Source of the DNA: Candidatus Tayloriibacteriota bacterium
GTDB lineage: Bacteria > Patescibacteriota > Minisyncoccia > Phycocordibacterales > CAIZLB01
NCBI GenBank assembly: GCA_018883165.1
Contig: VEQN01000003.1
Location: 9,721 to 73,720 of the forward strand
DNA: 64,000 bases
Direction of reading: 5' to 3'
Position 1 is the stretch's first letter. Every line of letters begins with the position of its first letter. A program made the translations under genes and the position numbers. Below, one piece after another: positions 48,299 to 56,734 of the stretch. The notes under the pieces are model-generated. The model was given only the letters and a program-made list of their open reading frames with translations, was not told where the DNA came from and did no database searches.

Positions 48299-49474
48299 AT
48301 GAAAACCATTCTCACTCTTCTCGCCAGCTTGTTGCTGGTCTCTAACATGTTCGCTGGTCCAACGACCACGACAACCACCACGCAAACAACGACAGCGAGT
48401 GCAGCTCCTGCACCCGAAGAAATGTTGATGTTGTCTAGCGCCGCCGAGCTCAAGCTCTACGCGCTCAGCTCCATCACGTCTGCCAGTTCGTTTGTCTGGG
48501 GCCAGTCCATCCTGCGGTCTGTCGGCGACGTCACAAGTATCTATGTCGAAGGCGACGTTGATCAGGTCACAGAGCGCCTGCTCCTGCCTGGTAACCAGTT
48601 CCGCTTCAAAGTGCGAAACAACAACGAAGTCTATGTCTACGCAACACTGAATAACTCCAGTGGCGAGAGCCTCTTTACGAGTTATGCTCCTGCGGCTCCA
48701 ATCGCAGGTGGTGGACAGTTGGTCATCAATCCAACGCTGCGACTCCAGATGAATTGGGTCATCCCCGTGTATTTCCCTGGCGCCCAATACGCGACCATTT
48801 ACTACACCGATGATCAAGGTAACTCCTGGCAAGAAAATCTGAACGTCGGCAACGGGAAAATCTACTTCCCAGTCAACTATGCTGGCCGCGGCACACTCGT
48901 CGTTGGTCGCCAGTATCCAAACAACGCCACTGGCGGATACGATTTGGAAGTTGCCTATAACCTGACCACAGGTGCCCTGATTCAAAGCCAGGTCATCGCA
49001 AGTCAGGTTGGATATGTTGGTATCGAGAACTACATCGCCTTCAGCGACAAACTCTCACCAACAATTGGCACCTTGGTTTTGACCACGAGCATGACTCCAC
49101 CATCGAAAGATCAGTGGGGCTTCATATCCCCTCCCACCGGCTCCATCAAACTGGAGTCCACGCAGGAAGGAGCAAGCCGCCCATTCAAACTCAATGTCAG
49201 CTTCTCGTGCACCCCACAGGAACTCGGAACCATTCAGGCGTTCGCCTATGACCCGACAACTGCTGATGCAGATGGCTTTGTCGACGAGTTCCCTGGAGTT
49301 GTGACTACGACAAGTTTTCAAACTCCCAGTGGAACTACGCAGACAAACGTGACGGTGACCTGGACGGTCACCCGAAACACCGCTACCTCCAAGTGGCTGT
49401 GGCGTCTCGAGACGACAGGATTCAACAAGCAAGCGAAGCCTCAACCACCCTATTACGGAGTTGGCAAAGGCTAG
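48299..49474 (+). CDS. hypothetical secreted protein with poly-Thr linker (GC-rich segment)
   Basis: Signal peptide, a TTTTTTTQTTT linker and a beta-rich body. Codon use is visibly GC-richer than flanking genes. Confidence 0.5.
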   Translation: MKTILTLLASLLLVSNMFAGPTTTTTTTQTTTASAAPAPEEMLMLSSAAELKLYALSSITSASSFVWGQSILRSVGDVTSIYVEGDVDQVTERLLLPGNQFRFKVRNNNEVYVYATLNNSSGESLFTSYAPAAPIAGGGQLVINPTLRLQMNWVIPVYFPGAQYATIYYTDDQGNSWQENLNVGNGKIYFPVNYAGRGTLVVGRQYPNNATGGYDLEVAYNLTTGALIQSQVIASQVGYVGIENYIAFSDKLSPTIGTLVLTTSMTPPSKDQWGFISPPTGSIKLESTQEGASRPFKLNVSFSCTPQELGTIQAFAYDPTTADADGFVDEFPGVVTTTSFQTPSGTTQTNVTVTWTVTRNTATSKWLWRLETTGFNKQAKPQPPYYGVGKG

Positions 49475-49499
49475 TCGATGCAAAAGCGTCTTCATGAGG

Positions 49500-49533
49500 A
49501 AAGCCCAGGCAGCGATGCTTGGGCTTTTTTCTT
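49500..49533 (+). terminator. rho-independent terminator
   Basis: AAGCCCAggcagcgatgcTTGGGCTT followed by TTTTT. Confidence 0.6.
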
Positions 49534-49651
49534 TATCCACACATGCATACTAAAACTTGCTTTTTTAATATATATGTGGTAATATTATATCTGGAAGTAC
49601 ACACGCCGTATTTCCTTAACCCTTAACCCAACACCCAAGGAGGATACAAAA

Positions 49652-49846
49652 ATGGCGAAAAGTAATAACCACATAGGGCGCGGATGCCCACTCGATCCTA
49701 TTGATCGAGAAGATAGTGAGGATAAGTCATGGCTTAATCAACCATGGCCAAAGATCCAAATTCCAGTAAAAGCAACAGTCCGCATGACGGACTGGGGCGA
49801 ATTCTGGAAAAGCCAAGGTCAGGGGACCTTGCGCAAGACGAAATAA
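49652..49846 (+). CDS. hypothetical small Trp-rich protein
   Basis: 64 aa. The only strong SD in the window (AAGGAGG, 7 nt upstream of the ATG). Followed by the hairpin CTGCCG...CGGCAG plus T8 at 49858-49895. Confidence 0.4.
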   Translation: MAKSNNHIGRGCPLDPIDREDSEDKSWLNQPWPKIQIPVKATVRMTDWGEFWKSQGQGTLRKTK

Positions 49847-49892
49847 TAAGCGTTACCCTGCCGTCTACGTTCAATCCGTTGCGGCAGTTTTT

Positions 49893-51122
49893 TTATTTGT
49901 CCCCTCTCACTTTTTTAAATACAAACACACTGATTACCACAAACACTGTAATTACTAAAGTTGCAATTTGATACCTTACACTTCCCACAGAAACTAGTGA
50001 TGTAACCGTATATCCCCATACCAATGGCCCAATGAGTGACGATGTTCTCTCAACCAAACCAAAATATCCAAACGTTAGGTTATGCATCCCACTTGGTGTG
50101 AGATATGACATCACCGCACGTGATACTGCCCAACTTGCACCAAACCAAAATCCCATGAGCGTTGCACAAACTACGAACAAAGAGAATGTTGGTGCATATC
50201 CAATCGACGGAAGAATGAATATCCAACCATAGAGGATCACGGTAAGTGTTTTCTTGTGACCAAACCGGTCACCGATTCTTCCTCCAATGATACCACCAAG
50301 TGCTGATGTAACGACGATACCAGCAAGGATTGCAGATTTCAATGTATCCGACACACCCCATACTTGTTCAACAAATATTGGGAAATTGTTCGCAGCAGTA
50401 AGTACCGTATCGTTAAACAAGAAGTACGTAAGGAAAAACAGAAGTACCGGTTTGTATCGAAAGAGCTCAACTGTTGAATTCCATATTGATCGAGCATGTT
50501 CTTTTAGTTTCTTCGCATCTGGAAAAACTTCCCTCTTTGGCTCATGAAAGAATATGAGCATAGGTAGTGAGAGCACTACATACAGTATTGCGGCAGGAAT
50601 TAATGTTTCAAGTCTTCCAGATACACCAAAGATTGACCATGTACCATTAGCAAACGGAAGTGCAAACAAAAGTCCTGCAAACTGACCAATATAATTTAAA
50701 CATACTCCATACCCTGACACCCTCCCTCTTTCATGTTCATGAGATATATCATTAATGAGTGGTGTATAGAATGTAAAGGTGAGCATGTAGAAAAACATAC
50801 CAAGGGCAAACAATGCGAGTGAAACCGCAGGATTTCCATATATACCAAACCAAGCACACAGGATATATGCAACCGTTGTGAATATAGTTGTCACACGCAA
50901 ACCTGAGATTCTTCTCATTCGTGTATCCATTAAAAATCCAACCACCGGAACCACGAACAACAGAAGAATGGTGGCATATGTGTAAGTCAGGTTGTATGAG
51001 AGGTCGGTGAATCCTTTTTCAATGACAATCCATTGAGAAAAATACAAGAAGAATATTATGGATATAATCGAATTTGCAAAGTCATATGATGCCCACAGCC
51101 AAATATTCTTTCTTGTTTTCAT
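49893..51122 (-). CDS. MFS transporter (Atg22/UMF1-like)
   Basis: Twelve TM helices and the N-terminal WASYDFANS motif. Confidence 0.75.
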   Translation of the reverse strand: MKTRKNIWLWASYDFANSIISIIFFLYFSQWIVIEKGFTDLSYNLTYTYATILLLFVVPVVGFLMDTRMRRISGLRVTTIFTTVAYILCAWFGIYGNPAVSLALFALGMFFYMLTFTFYTPLINDISHEHERGRVSGYGVCLNYIGQFAGLLFALPFANGTWSIFGVSGRLETLIPAAILYVVLSLPMLIFFHEPKREVFPDAKKLKEHARSIWNSTVELFRYKPVLLFFLTYFLFNDTVLTAANNFPIFVEQVWGVSDTLKSAILAGIVVTSALGGIIGGRIGDRFGHKKTLTVILYGWIFILPSIGYAPTFSLFVVCATLMGFWFGASWAVSRAVMSYLTPSGMHNLTFGYFGLVERTSSLIGPLVWGYTVTSLVSVGSVRYQIATLVITVFVVISVFVFKKVRGDK

Positions 51123-51124
51123 TG

Positions 51125-51679
51125 CTACACTTCTTTAGATCTATATATCAGCAAGAATGTAATAATCATCACGAAGGCAGTAAATGCCATGAGTGGGATT
51201 GTGATATATCCAAGATTTAATTTGAAATATTGTGAGCATGATACTGAGTAGTTTCCAACAACACTACACCCTGCTTCAACCACACCTCTTTGGAGTAGAT
51301 AGTGGTAGAGTGCGATTGGTGCACCCAATATTGAAAGAATGAGCGCGTAAAAAGCGGCTCTTGTATCTTTAAGTATGAGTGAAAGACCCAAGATGACAAA
51401 CTGTGGGTACATGAATATTCGCTGGTACCAACACAATTTACATGGTTCAATCATGTATATATCTGAATATGTGAGACTTCCTAGAACTGCTGCAAGTACC
51501 ACAATGAAAGAGAACAAGATTGCATGAGTTCTAAAGAAGTTTGTAACCTTTGGTAGTTTTTTCGTTACGTAAAGTACCAACAATATGATAACTAATGCTT
51601 GGCCAAACACAGTGAGCCAAGAGAGTACTATGCTAAAAGTTGCTTGTGACATATAAATGTTTGCTAGCTGTATAAACAA
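51125..51679 (-). CDS. disulfide bond formation protein B family (BdbC/DsbB-like)
   Basis: EPCKLCWYQR (PCxLCxYQR) and a second Cys pair (CSVVGNYSVSC), within 4 TM helices. Confidence 0.75.
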   Translation of the reverse strand: MFIQLANIYMSQATFSIVLSWLTVFGQALVIILLVLYVTKKLPKVTNFFRTHAILFSFIVVLAAVLGSLTYSDIYMIEPCKLCWYQRIFMYPQFVILGLSLILKDTRAAFYALILSILGAPIALYHYLLQRGVVEAGCSVVGNYSVSCSQYFKLNLGYITIPLMAFTAFVMIITFLLIYRSKEV

Positions 51680-51717
51680 TACAATGCACGTGTATCCCTT
51701 TGATTATACACCCAAAT

Positions 51718-52122
51718 TTACCAATTCAAATATGTGATTGTCAGTTGAAGACATGTTGCAAATGTCACCCAAAGGAGATATGGAATATTTGCATATGAGA
51801 CAAACCTAAGTGCCGGTACTTTCTTTGGCGTAGAAATCATAAACCATATGATTGTTCCCAAGATCAGCAAAATATCAATTGAAGCAAGCAGGTTGTTTTG
51901 TAGTCCAAATTGAATTGGTGAAAATATGAGATTGAAAAAGAGGTTTAATGCAAATGGCAAAGCTACAATTCTTGGAATTTCTCTCTTGTATGCTTTGTAA
52001 AACACATACCCGAATGTAATGAAGATAATAGTGTAGAGAAATGTCCAAGCAGGTCCAAAAACCCATGAGGGTGGCGCCCAGGTTGGTTTGATAAGTTCAG
52101 TGTACCAATTGTATTCGTTCAT
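51718..52122 (-). CDS. tspO: TspO/MBR family tryptophan-rich sensory protein
   Basis: WYTELIKPTWAPPSWVFGPAWTFLY signature. Confidence 0.75.
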   Translation of the reverse strand: MNEYNWYTELIKPTWAPPSWVFGPAWTFLYTIIFITFGYVFYKAYKREIPRIVALPFALNLFFNLIFSPIQFGLQNNLLASIDILLILGTIIWFMISTPKKVPALRFVSYANIPYLLWVTFATCLQLTITYLNW

Positions 52123-52162
52123 GTCCTGATTTTAGCACGACTATTGAAACCACTTAAATTTG

Positions 52163-52234
52163 TGACCCTACCGGGAATCGAACCCGGCTTTAGAGCTTGA
52201 GAAGCTCTCGTCCTAACCGATAGACGATAGGGCC
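52163..52234 (-). tRNA. tRNA-Glu (anticodon CUC)
   Basis: Reverse complement GGCCCTATCGTCTATCGGTTAGGACGAGAGCTTCTCAAGCTCTAAAGCCGGGTTCGATTCCCGGTAGGGTCA. Features: 7-bp acceptor stem, GTCTA..GGAC D-arm, anticodon loop TTCTCAA, and T-arm CCGGGTTCGATTCCCGG. No encoded CCA. Confidence 0.85.
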
Positions 52235-52273
52235 AGTACGAACCATTGTACATATTTATACGGAAAAATAAAG

Positions 52274-53992
52274 CTATCTATCAGGTGGAATCTGGTAGTA
52301 GTTAATCAAGAACTTAGTAAGCTCAATAAAGGGCTTTGCCAAGGTCTCAGAGGCGAAATTTACCCCTCTAGGGTTAACAATATACATAAACACTACAAAC
52401 TGTGGGTCACCCTCAGGCAAGAACCCCACAAACGAGTGGAGGAAGCGATCTTCAGAATAACTTCCCCTCTCTGCAATCTGCGCAGTACCAGTCTTTGCAC
52501 CAATGGCATATCTTGGATTCTTTGCCTTACCATCAAGGAGTGAATTGTCCACATTGTATACCATCATGTTTCGAATCTCCTCAGCTGTTGACTCACTAAT
52601 GACCCTCAGTGGCTCTGATTGATTCACTTCCTTAGTAAACCCAACCTTGTACTGTATCTTCTTTACCACTCGTGGTTGTACCAACTTCCCTCCATTTACA
52701 ACCGATGCAAATGCTCTTGTTACCTCAATTGGACTTACCGCAATACCCTGACCAAATGAAGCGGTAATATATTCAATATTTCTTGGACTCTTCAAGTTGT
52801 CGAGTAGACCTTTGGATTCATTTGGAAGATCGATACCCGTTCTCTCACCCAGTCCAAACTTGTGCACATATTCTGCAAATGTTTTGTTTCCAACTCGTTG
52901 CACAATGTATGCAAATCCAGTGTTCAATGATTTTGAAAGTGCATATTGTAGCGTAATGACTCCTCTACCCTTCTTGTCGAAGTTCCAAATGGTTCTACCA
53001 TCAGAAGAAATTGATCCTGTGTCATTGTATGTACTTGTTGCATGCACCTTACCTTGATCCACACCAACTGCCATGGTTAAAGGTTTAATGATGGAACCCA
53101 TTTCATATACGCTTTCAACCAAATCGTTTTTAAACACTCCAACATTCTTTTCCTCTTTAAAATTGTTTGGATCAAATGTTGGATTAATTGCCATGGCATG
53201 AATCTCCCCGGTACTTGGGTTCATGATGATGGCACCAGTTCTTTCAGCAGAATATTGTGACTGGATACCCTTAAGCATATTCTCAACATATGCTTGAGTT
53301 CTTGGTTCAATGGTTGTGACGATATCACCTTCAAAATCTCTGTCTCCGACAGTCTTCTTAAGGTTTGAAAACATTTCTGCAAAGAAGTTTACATACACCG
53401 CATCAGATTCTCGAGACAATGTATCGTTGTATTGTCTCTCAAGACCATACCGCCCTGATATCTCATCACCCTTGTACCCCATGAATCCAAGCACATGAGC
53501 AGCGAGAGTTCCACCTGGGTAATATCGCCACTTGTCTTTGAATACACTTACGCCAGGAATTTTGAGTGCTGCGATTGCCTTACCCTCATCTTCACTTGCT
53601 CTCTTTTTCACCTCCTCATATGTATCATTAGCTTTGTTTGCTTGTGACAAAAACACAGCTTCATCAAGTGGAATGATGGCAGATATTTTTTGATATGCAG
53701 ATTCAACCGAATTGTTCTTCTGGAGAATCTTTGGATTAATGGCAATCAAGAAACCTGTTTTAAGTGTTGCCGCTGAAATGAGGTTACCAGTCCTGTCTGA
53801 GAAATATATCGTACCCCTATTGAAGGCATCTGCTGGTTTCTGATATTGCCTGTCAGCACGTTCTGAGAACTCATCATAGTTCACGATTTGCACCATGTAG
53901 AGTTTGGTAAAGAGAAGAAGTGATACAGCAAGTACTACTATGGAAAGTAACCTAACGCGTTTTCGTATTTGTTGCTGTAGCTGATTGTTCAT
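52274..53992 (-). CDS. ftsI: class B penicillin-binding protein (FtsI/PBP3-type transpeptidase)
   Basis: N-terminal TM helix, SxxK (SIIK), SxN (SLN) and KTG motifs. dcw position after ftsL. Confidence 0.85.
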   Translation of the reverse strand: MNNQLQQQIRKRVRLLSIVVLAVSLLLFTKLYMVQIVNYDEFSERADRQYQKPADAFNRGTIYFSDRTGNLISAATLKTGFLIAINPKILQKNNSVESAYQKISAIIPLDEAVFLSQANKANDTYEEVKKRASEDEGKAIAALKIPGVSVFKDKWRYYPGGTLAAHVLGFMGYKGDEISGRYGLERQYNDTLSRESDAVYVNFFAEMFSNLKKTVGDRDFEGDIVTTIEPRTQAYVENMLKGIQSQYSAERTGAIIMNPSTGEIHAMAINPTFDPNNFKEEKNVGVFKNDLVESVYEMGSIIKPLTMAVGVDQGKVHATSTYNDTGSISSDGRTIWNFDKKGRGVITLQYALSKSLNTGFAYIVQRVGNKTFAEYVHKFGLGERTGIDLPNESKGLLDNLKSPRNIEYITASFGQGIAVSPIEVTRAFASVVNGGKLVQPRVVKKIQYKVGFTKEVNQSEPLRVISESTAEEIRNMMVYNVDNSLLDGKAKNPRYAIGAKTGTAQIAERGSYSEDRFLHSFVGFLPEGDPQFVVFMYIVNPRGVNFASETLAKPFIELTKFLINYYQIPPDR

Positions 53993-54004
53993 TACACGAA
54001 CATT

Positions 54005-54271
54005 TTAACACAAGGCTGAGGCTTTAAGAAAAATATTTCCAAGTATCCAAAGCTCAAGTGTAAACAATGAGAACAATATTGCAGCATACATACTGTTTTT
54101 GTATGACCGATATTTCTTCTGATCTCTATGCTTCTCAATACGCATATGATGCCATGCATAGAATGCGATCAGGAGGAGGATATAAAAGACAAAAGGAAAC
54201 ACAATATCGAATGACTTCAGTACTTCAAATGGTAAATTAGATTGGAAGTATCCAGCGATGTTACAGATCAT
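54005..54271 (-). CDS. hypothetical small membrane protein
   Basis: 88 aa with two TM helices. Inserted between ftsL and ftsI. Confidence 0.35.
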   Translation of the reverse strand: MICNIAGYFQSNLPFEVLKSFDIVFPFVFYILLLIAFYAWHHMRIEKHRDQKKYRSYKNSMYAAILFSLFTLELWILGNIFLKASALC

Positions 54272-54288
54272 GTCTCTAGTATATCAAA

Positions 54289-54612
54289 CTATCGAATAGC
54301 GACATTCTTTCCTGTGTGTTCACGAGTAACAAATATGGTCTTGTCCGTAGCTGATTTAAACCCGAGATCTCTTGCTGTATCCATGGTCACACCTTCAACA
54401 GCGTTAATGTATTGAAATTCAACATCTGAGAGCTTTGAGTTGATTGATGCAATCTGCTCTCGATATGTGTCACCAAGTACCACGTTTCGAACAGCCTTTT
54501 GTATGAAATATACATATACAGCACTTGAACACACCAAAGAAATGGCAAGAATCCAAAACAATGGTTCTGAAATCTTATCAATTTTTCGTATTGTTGCTTG
54601 TGCTTGTTTCAT
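54289..54612 (-). CDS. ftsL: cell division protein FtsL-like
   Basis: Single TM helix, then a coiled coil. Sits between rsmH and the PBP gene. Confidence 0.5.
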   Translation of the reverse strand: MKQAQATIRKIDKISEPLFWILAISLVCSSAVYVYFIQKAVRNVVLGDTYREQIASINSKLSDVEFQYINAVEGVTMDTARDLGFKSATDKTIFVTREHTGKNVAIR

Positions 54613-54621
54613 ATGGTGCTG

Positions 54622-55599
54622 TTATATTTTTTGAATAATTCGAAGCTTTGAACTTCTTGATCTCGGATTAGCTTCAATTTCCGAGTCTTCGGGTACTATG
54701 GGTTTTTTAGTAACTACCATAGCTTCCCCTCCATCTATTTTTTCCTTGAAGTATCGTTTAATGATTCGATCTTCAAGACTATGAAATGATATGACTGCAA
54801 GTCTTCCACCTGGTGCCAATGATTCGAATGCTTGTGGTACAGCTTCTTCGATTGAACGTAGTTCATCATTTACCGCTATACGTAGTGCCTGAAATGTCTT
54901 TGTAGCAGGATGGATTCTTCCATGCCGCTTAAAGCTTGGATATGCTTTCTTCACAATTTCAGCGAGTTCAGTTGTAGTTTTAATCTTTGTACCCACAACC
55001 TCCCCATCTTTCGTCACTTTTTCACGCGCTTCAACTATTGCTTTTGCAATCCGTCTCGCATAGGTATCTTCCCCATATCCGTAGATGATGTCTGCGATGT
55101 TCTCTTCGTCCCATGTATTCACAATGTCATATGCAGTGAATGCATGAGAAGCTGGAGTTCCAAAGGTCATATGTAGTGGTTCTTCTTTTCTAAATGAAAA
55201 TCCTCTACCTGACTCATCAATCTCATATGAGCTAATACCTAGATCGAACAATATTGCATCTGGGTGTATTGGCTTTGTAGTCACCTCTTCGATTTCTCGA
55301 AGAGATTTCTTAAAGTGTCTAAAGTTTGTATTCACAAAATGGAGCTTTGGAGTTTTGAATGAAGAATCTTTCTTCTGTTCTTCCCCTACTCTTTTTTGAA
55401 TATGCTCTTTTGCTCGTTCAATTGCTTCAGAATCTAGATCAAAACCTATGACTGTAATATCTCCTTTTGTCTTCTCAATTACAGCCTCAGTGTGACCCCC
55501 ATCCCCTAAGTTACAATCAACGTACACAGATTGTGACTTCAAGTCACTAATCCGTAGACCTTCAAGAACTTGTTGTAAAAGAACTGGTACGTGTCGCAT
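54622..55599 (-). CDS. rsmH: 16S rRNA (cytosine1402-N4)-methyltransferase
   Basis: HVPVLL...DCNLGDGGH SAM-binding signature. Internal Met chosen so that the start abuts the mraZ stop. Confidence 0.85.
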   Translation of the reverse strand: MRHVPVLLQQVLEGLRISDLKSQSVYVDCNLGDGGHTEAVIEKTKGDITVIGFDLDSEAIERAKEHIQKRVGEEQKKDSSFKTPKLHFVNTNFRHFKKSLREIEEVTTKPIHPDAILFDLGISSYEIDESGRGFSFRKEEPLHMTFGTPASHAFTAYDIVNTWDEENIADIIYGYGEDTYARRIAKAIVEAREKVTKDGEVVGTKIKTTTELAEIVKKAYPSFKRHGRIHPATKTFQALRIAVNDELRSIEEAVPQAFESLAPGGRLAVISFHSLEDRIIKRYFKEKIDGGEAMVVTKKPIVPEDSEIEANPRSRSSKLRIIQKI

Positions 55600-55600
55600 G

Positions 55601-56041
55601 TTAGATGACTCCAACTTCGCCGAGTTTTTCTGCAAGCTGGTCTGCTTGCTTCAAAATCTTCGCTTTGTATTCCTTCCATCGTGACTCATCCCACACTTCG
55701 ACTCTGTTGTGTACACCTGCGAACACCACCTTAGTTTTAACTGACACACCTGCATACTCTCGTAGAAATTCAGGGATGAGGATTCTACCGATTGCATCAA
55801 CCTCAAGTTCTACTGCTCCTGCGAGCATGATTCGGTTGAATCCTCGACTATCAGCCTGACCCATTGAAAGATTTCCAAGTTTCTCAGAAATCTTCGCCCA
55901 CTCTTTCACTGGATACATAAAAAGACAGTTATCAAGGCCGTGAGTAATCACCACCTTCTTTCCAATTTCCTTCCGAAACTTTGATGGAAGTGAAATTCTC
56001 TTTTTATCATCTTGTGTGTGGGTATATTCTCCGATGAGCAT
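55601..56041 (-). CDS. mraZ: transcriptional regulator MraZ
   Basis: Duplicated MraZ domain (DDKKRISLP ... DAIGRILIP). Confidence 0.85.
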   Translation of the reverse strand: MLIGEYTHTQDDKKRISLPSKFRKEIGKKVVITHGLDNCLFMYPVKEWAKISEKLGNLSMGQADSRGFNRIMLAGAVELEVDAIGRILIPEFLREYAGVSVKTKVVFAGVHNRVEVWDESRWKEYKAKILKQADQLAEKLGEVGVI

Positions 56042-56186
56042 ATTAGTTTTTTCTTGCTTAAAGGTAAGTGGGAACCTTTAAGTCTCGCATCGAACCGAAA
56101 ACCTGTTGGCAGCGGGTTTTCGATCCTTAAATCAACTCACTCTTTCCGATAAATCTACGAGGAGAACTAACGCTTTTTTGTAGATT

Positions 56187-56258
56187 TACCACTTCTTCCC
56201 ACTTACTTACTATTCTATTCCACTTTACTTCACTTAGCAAACAAAAATACCCACTTTT
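56187..56258 (-). promoter_or_regulatory. phased AAGTGG direct repeats (putative MraZ operator)
   Basis: Minus strand reads ...AAGTGGGAAGAAGTGGTAAA... Plus-strand CCACTT copies lie at 56189, 56199, 56220 and 56251, with spacing of about 10, 21 and 31 nt. Confidence 0.4.
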
Positions 56259-56279
56259 AGGTGGATAACTTAAAGAAAA

Positions 56280-56342
56280 TACCCGCACCACGTAATGGGT
56301 GTACGCGTGCGGGTAGACAGCCTGTCTTGAAGGGTGTTTTTT
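56280..56342. terminator. strong bidirectional hairpin/terminator
   Basis: TACCCGCAC-18nt-GTGCGGGTA, a perfect 9-bp stem, with T6 downstream on the plus strand and TTTTCTTT downstream on the minus strand. Confidence 0.45.
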
Positions 56343-56734
56343 CCACCCAACATTTACCACCAGGGCATTTGTCACTAGAACACTGCCTGGATGGGTTATT
56401 ATGCCGCTCATCTGTCACTGCCGGGGTCAGGTAGAGCTCCTCTCGGTTAAGTTAACATCACACAGGGTGAGAAACCCCTGCAATCGGGTATATGTGCTTC
56501 CACACAGTGACCCACTTTACGACCTTTAACACGCTATGTATTTTAGAGATTCTTCATGTACATAATTAACAACCCAACAACAGATAATGGTTCTGTTGTA
56601 TGTACTCTGGAGAATCTCTTTTCACGTGCCATTCTGTTACAGCAATGTGTGATGCGTTTGTGCTATTCCAACTTCAGAGACTCGCTCAGAGGTTGGTACA
56701 CGAAAATGCTACTCTGGGTAGGACAAAGTGTCAA

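Noticed and set aside
48116-48985. 289-aa ORF on the minus strand
   Set aside because: It lies entirely antisense to the GC-rich secreted-protein genes. High GC suppresses stop codons, and the product has a low-complexity Arg/Gly-rich composition. It is judged a spurious shadow ORF.
56090-56140. TCGAACC-containing segment that could suggest a second tRNA
   Set aside because: There is no cloverleaf: no acceptor or T-arm complementarity. It is only a CGAAAACC...GGTTTTCG hairpin.
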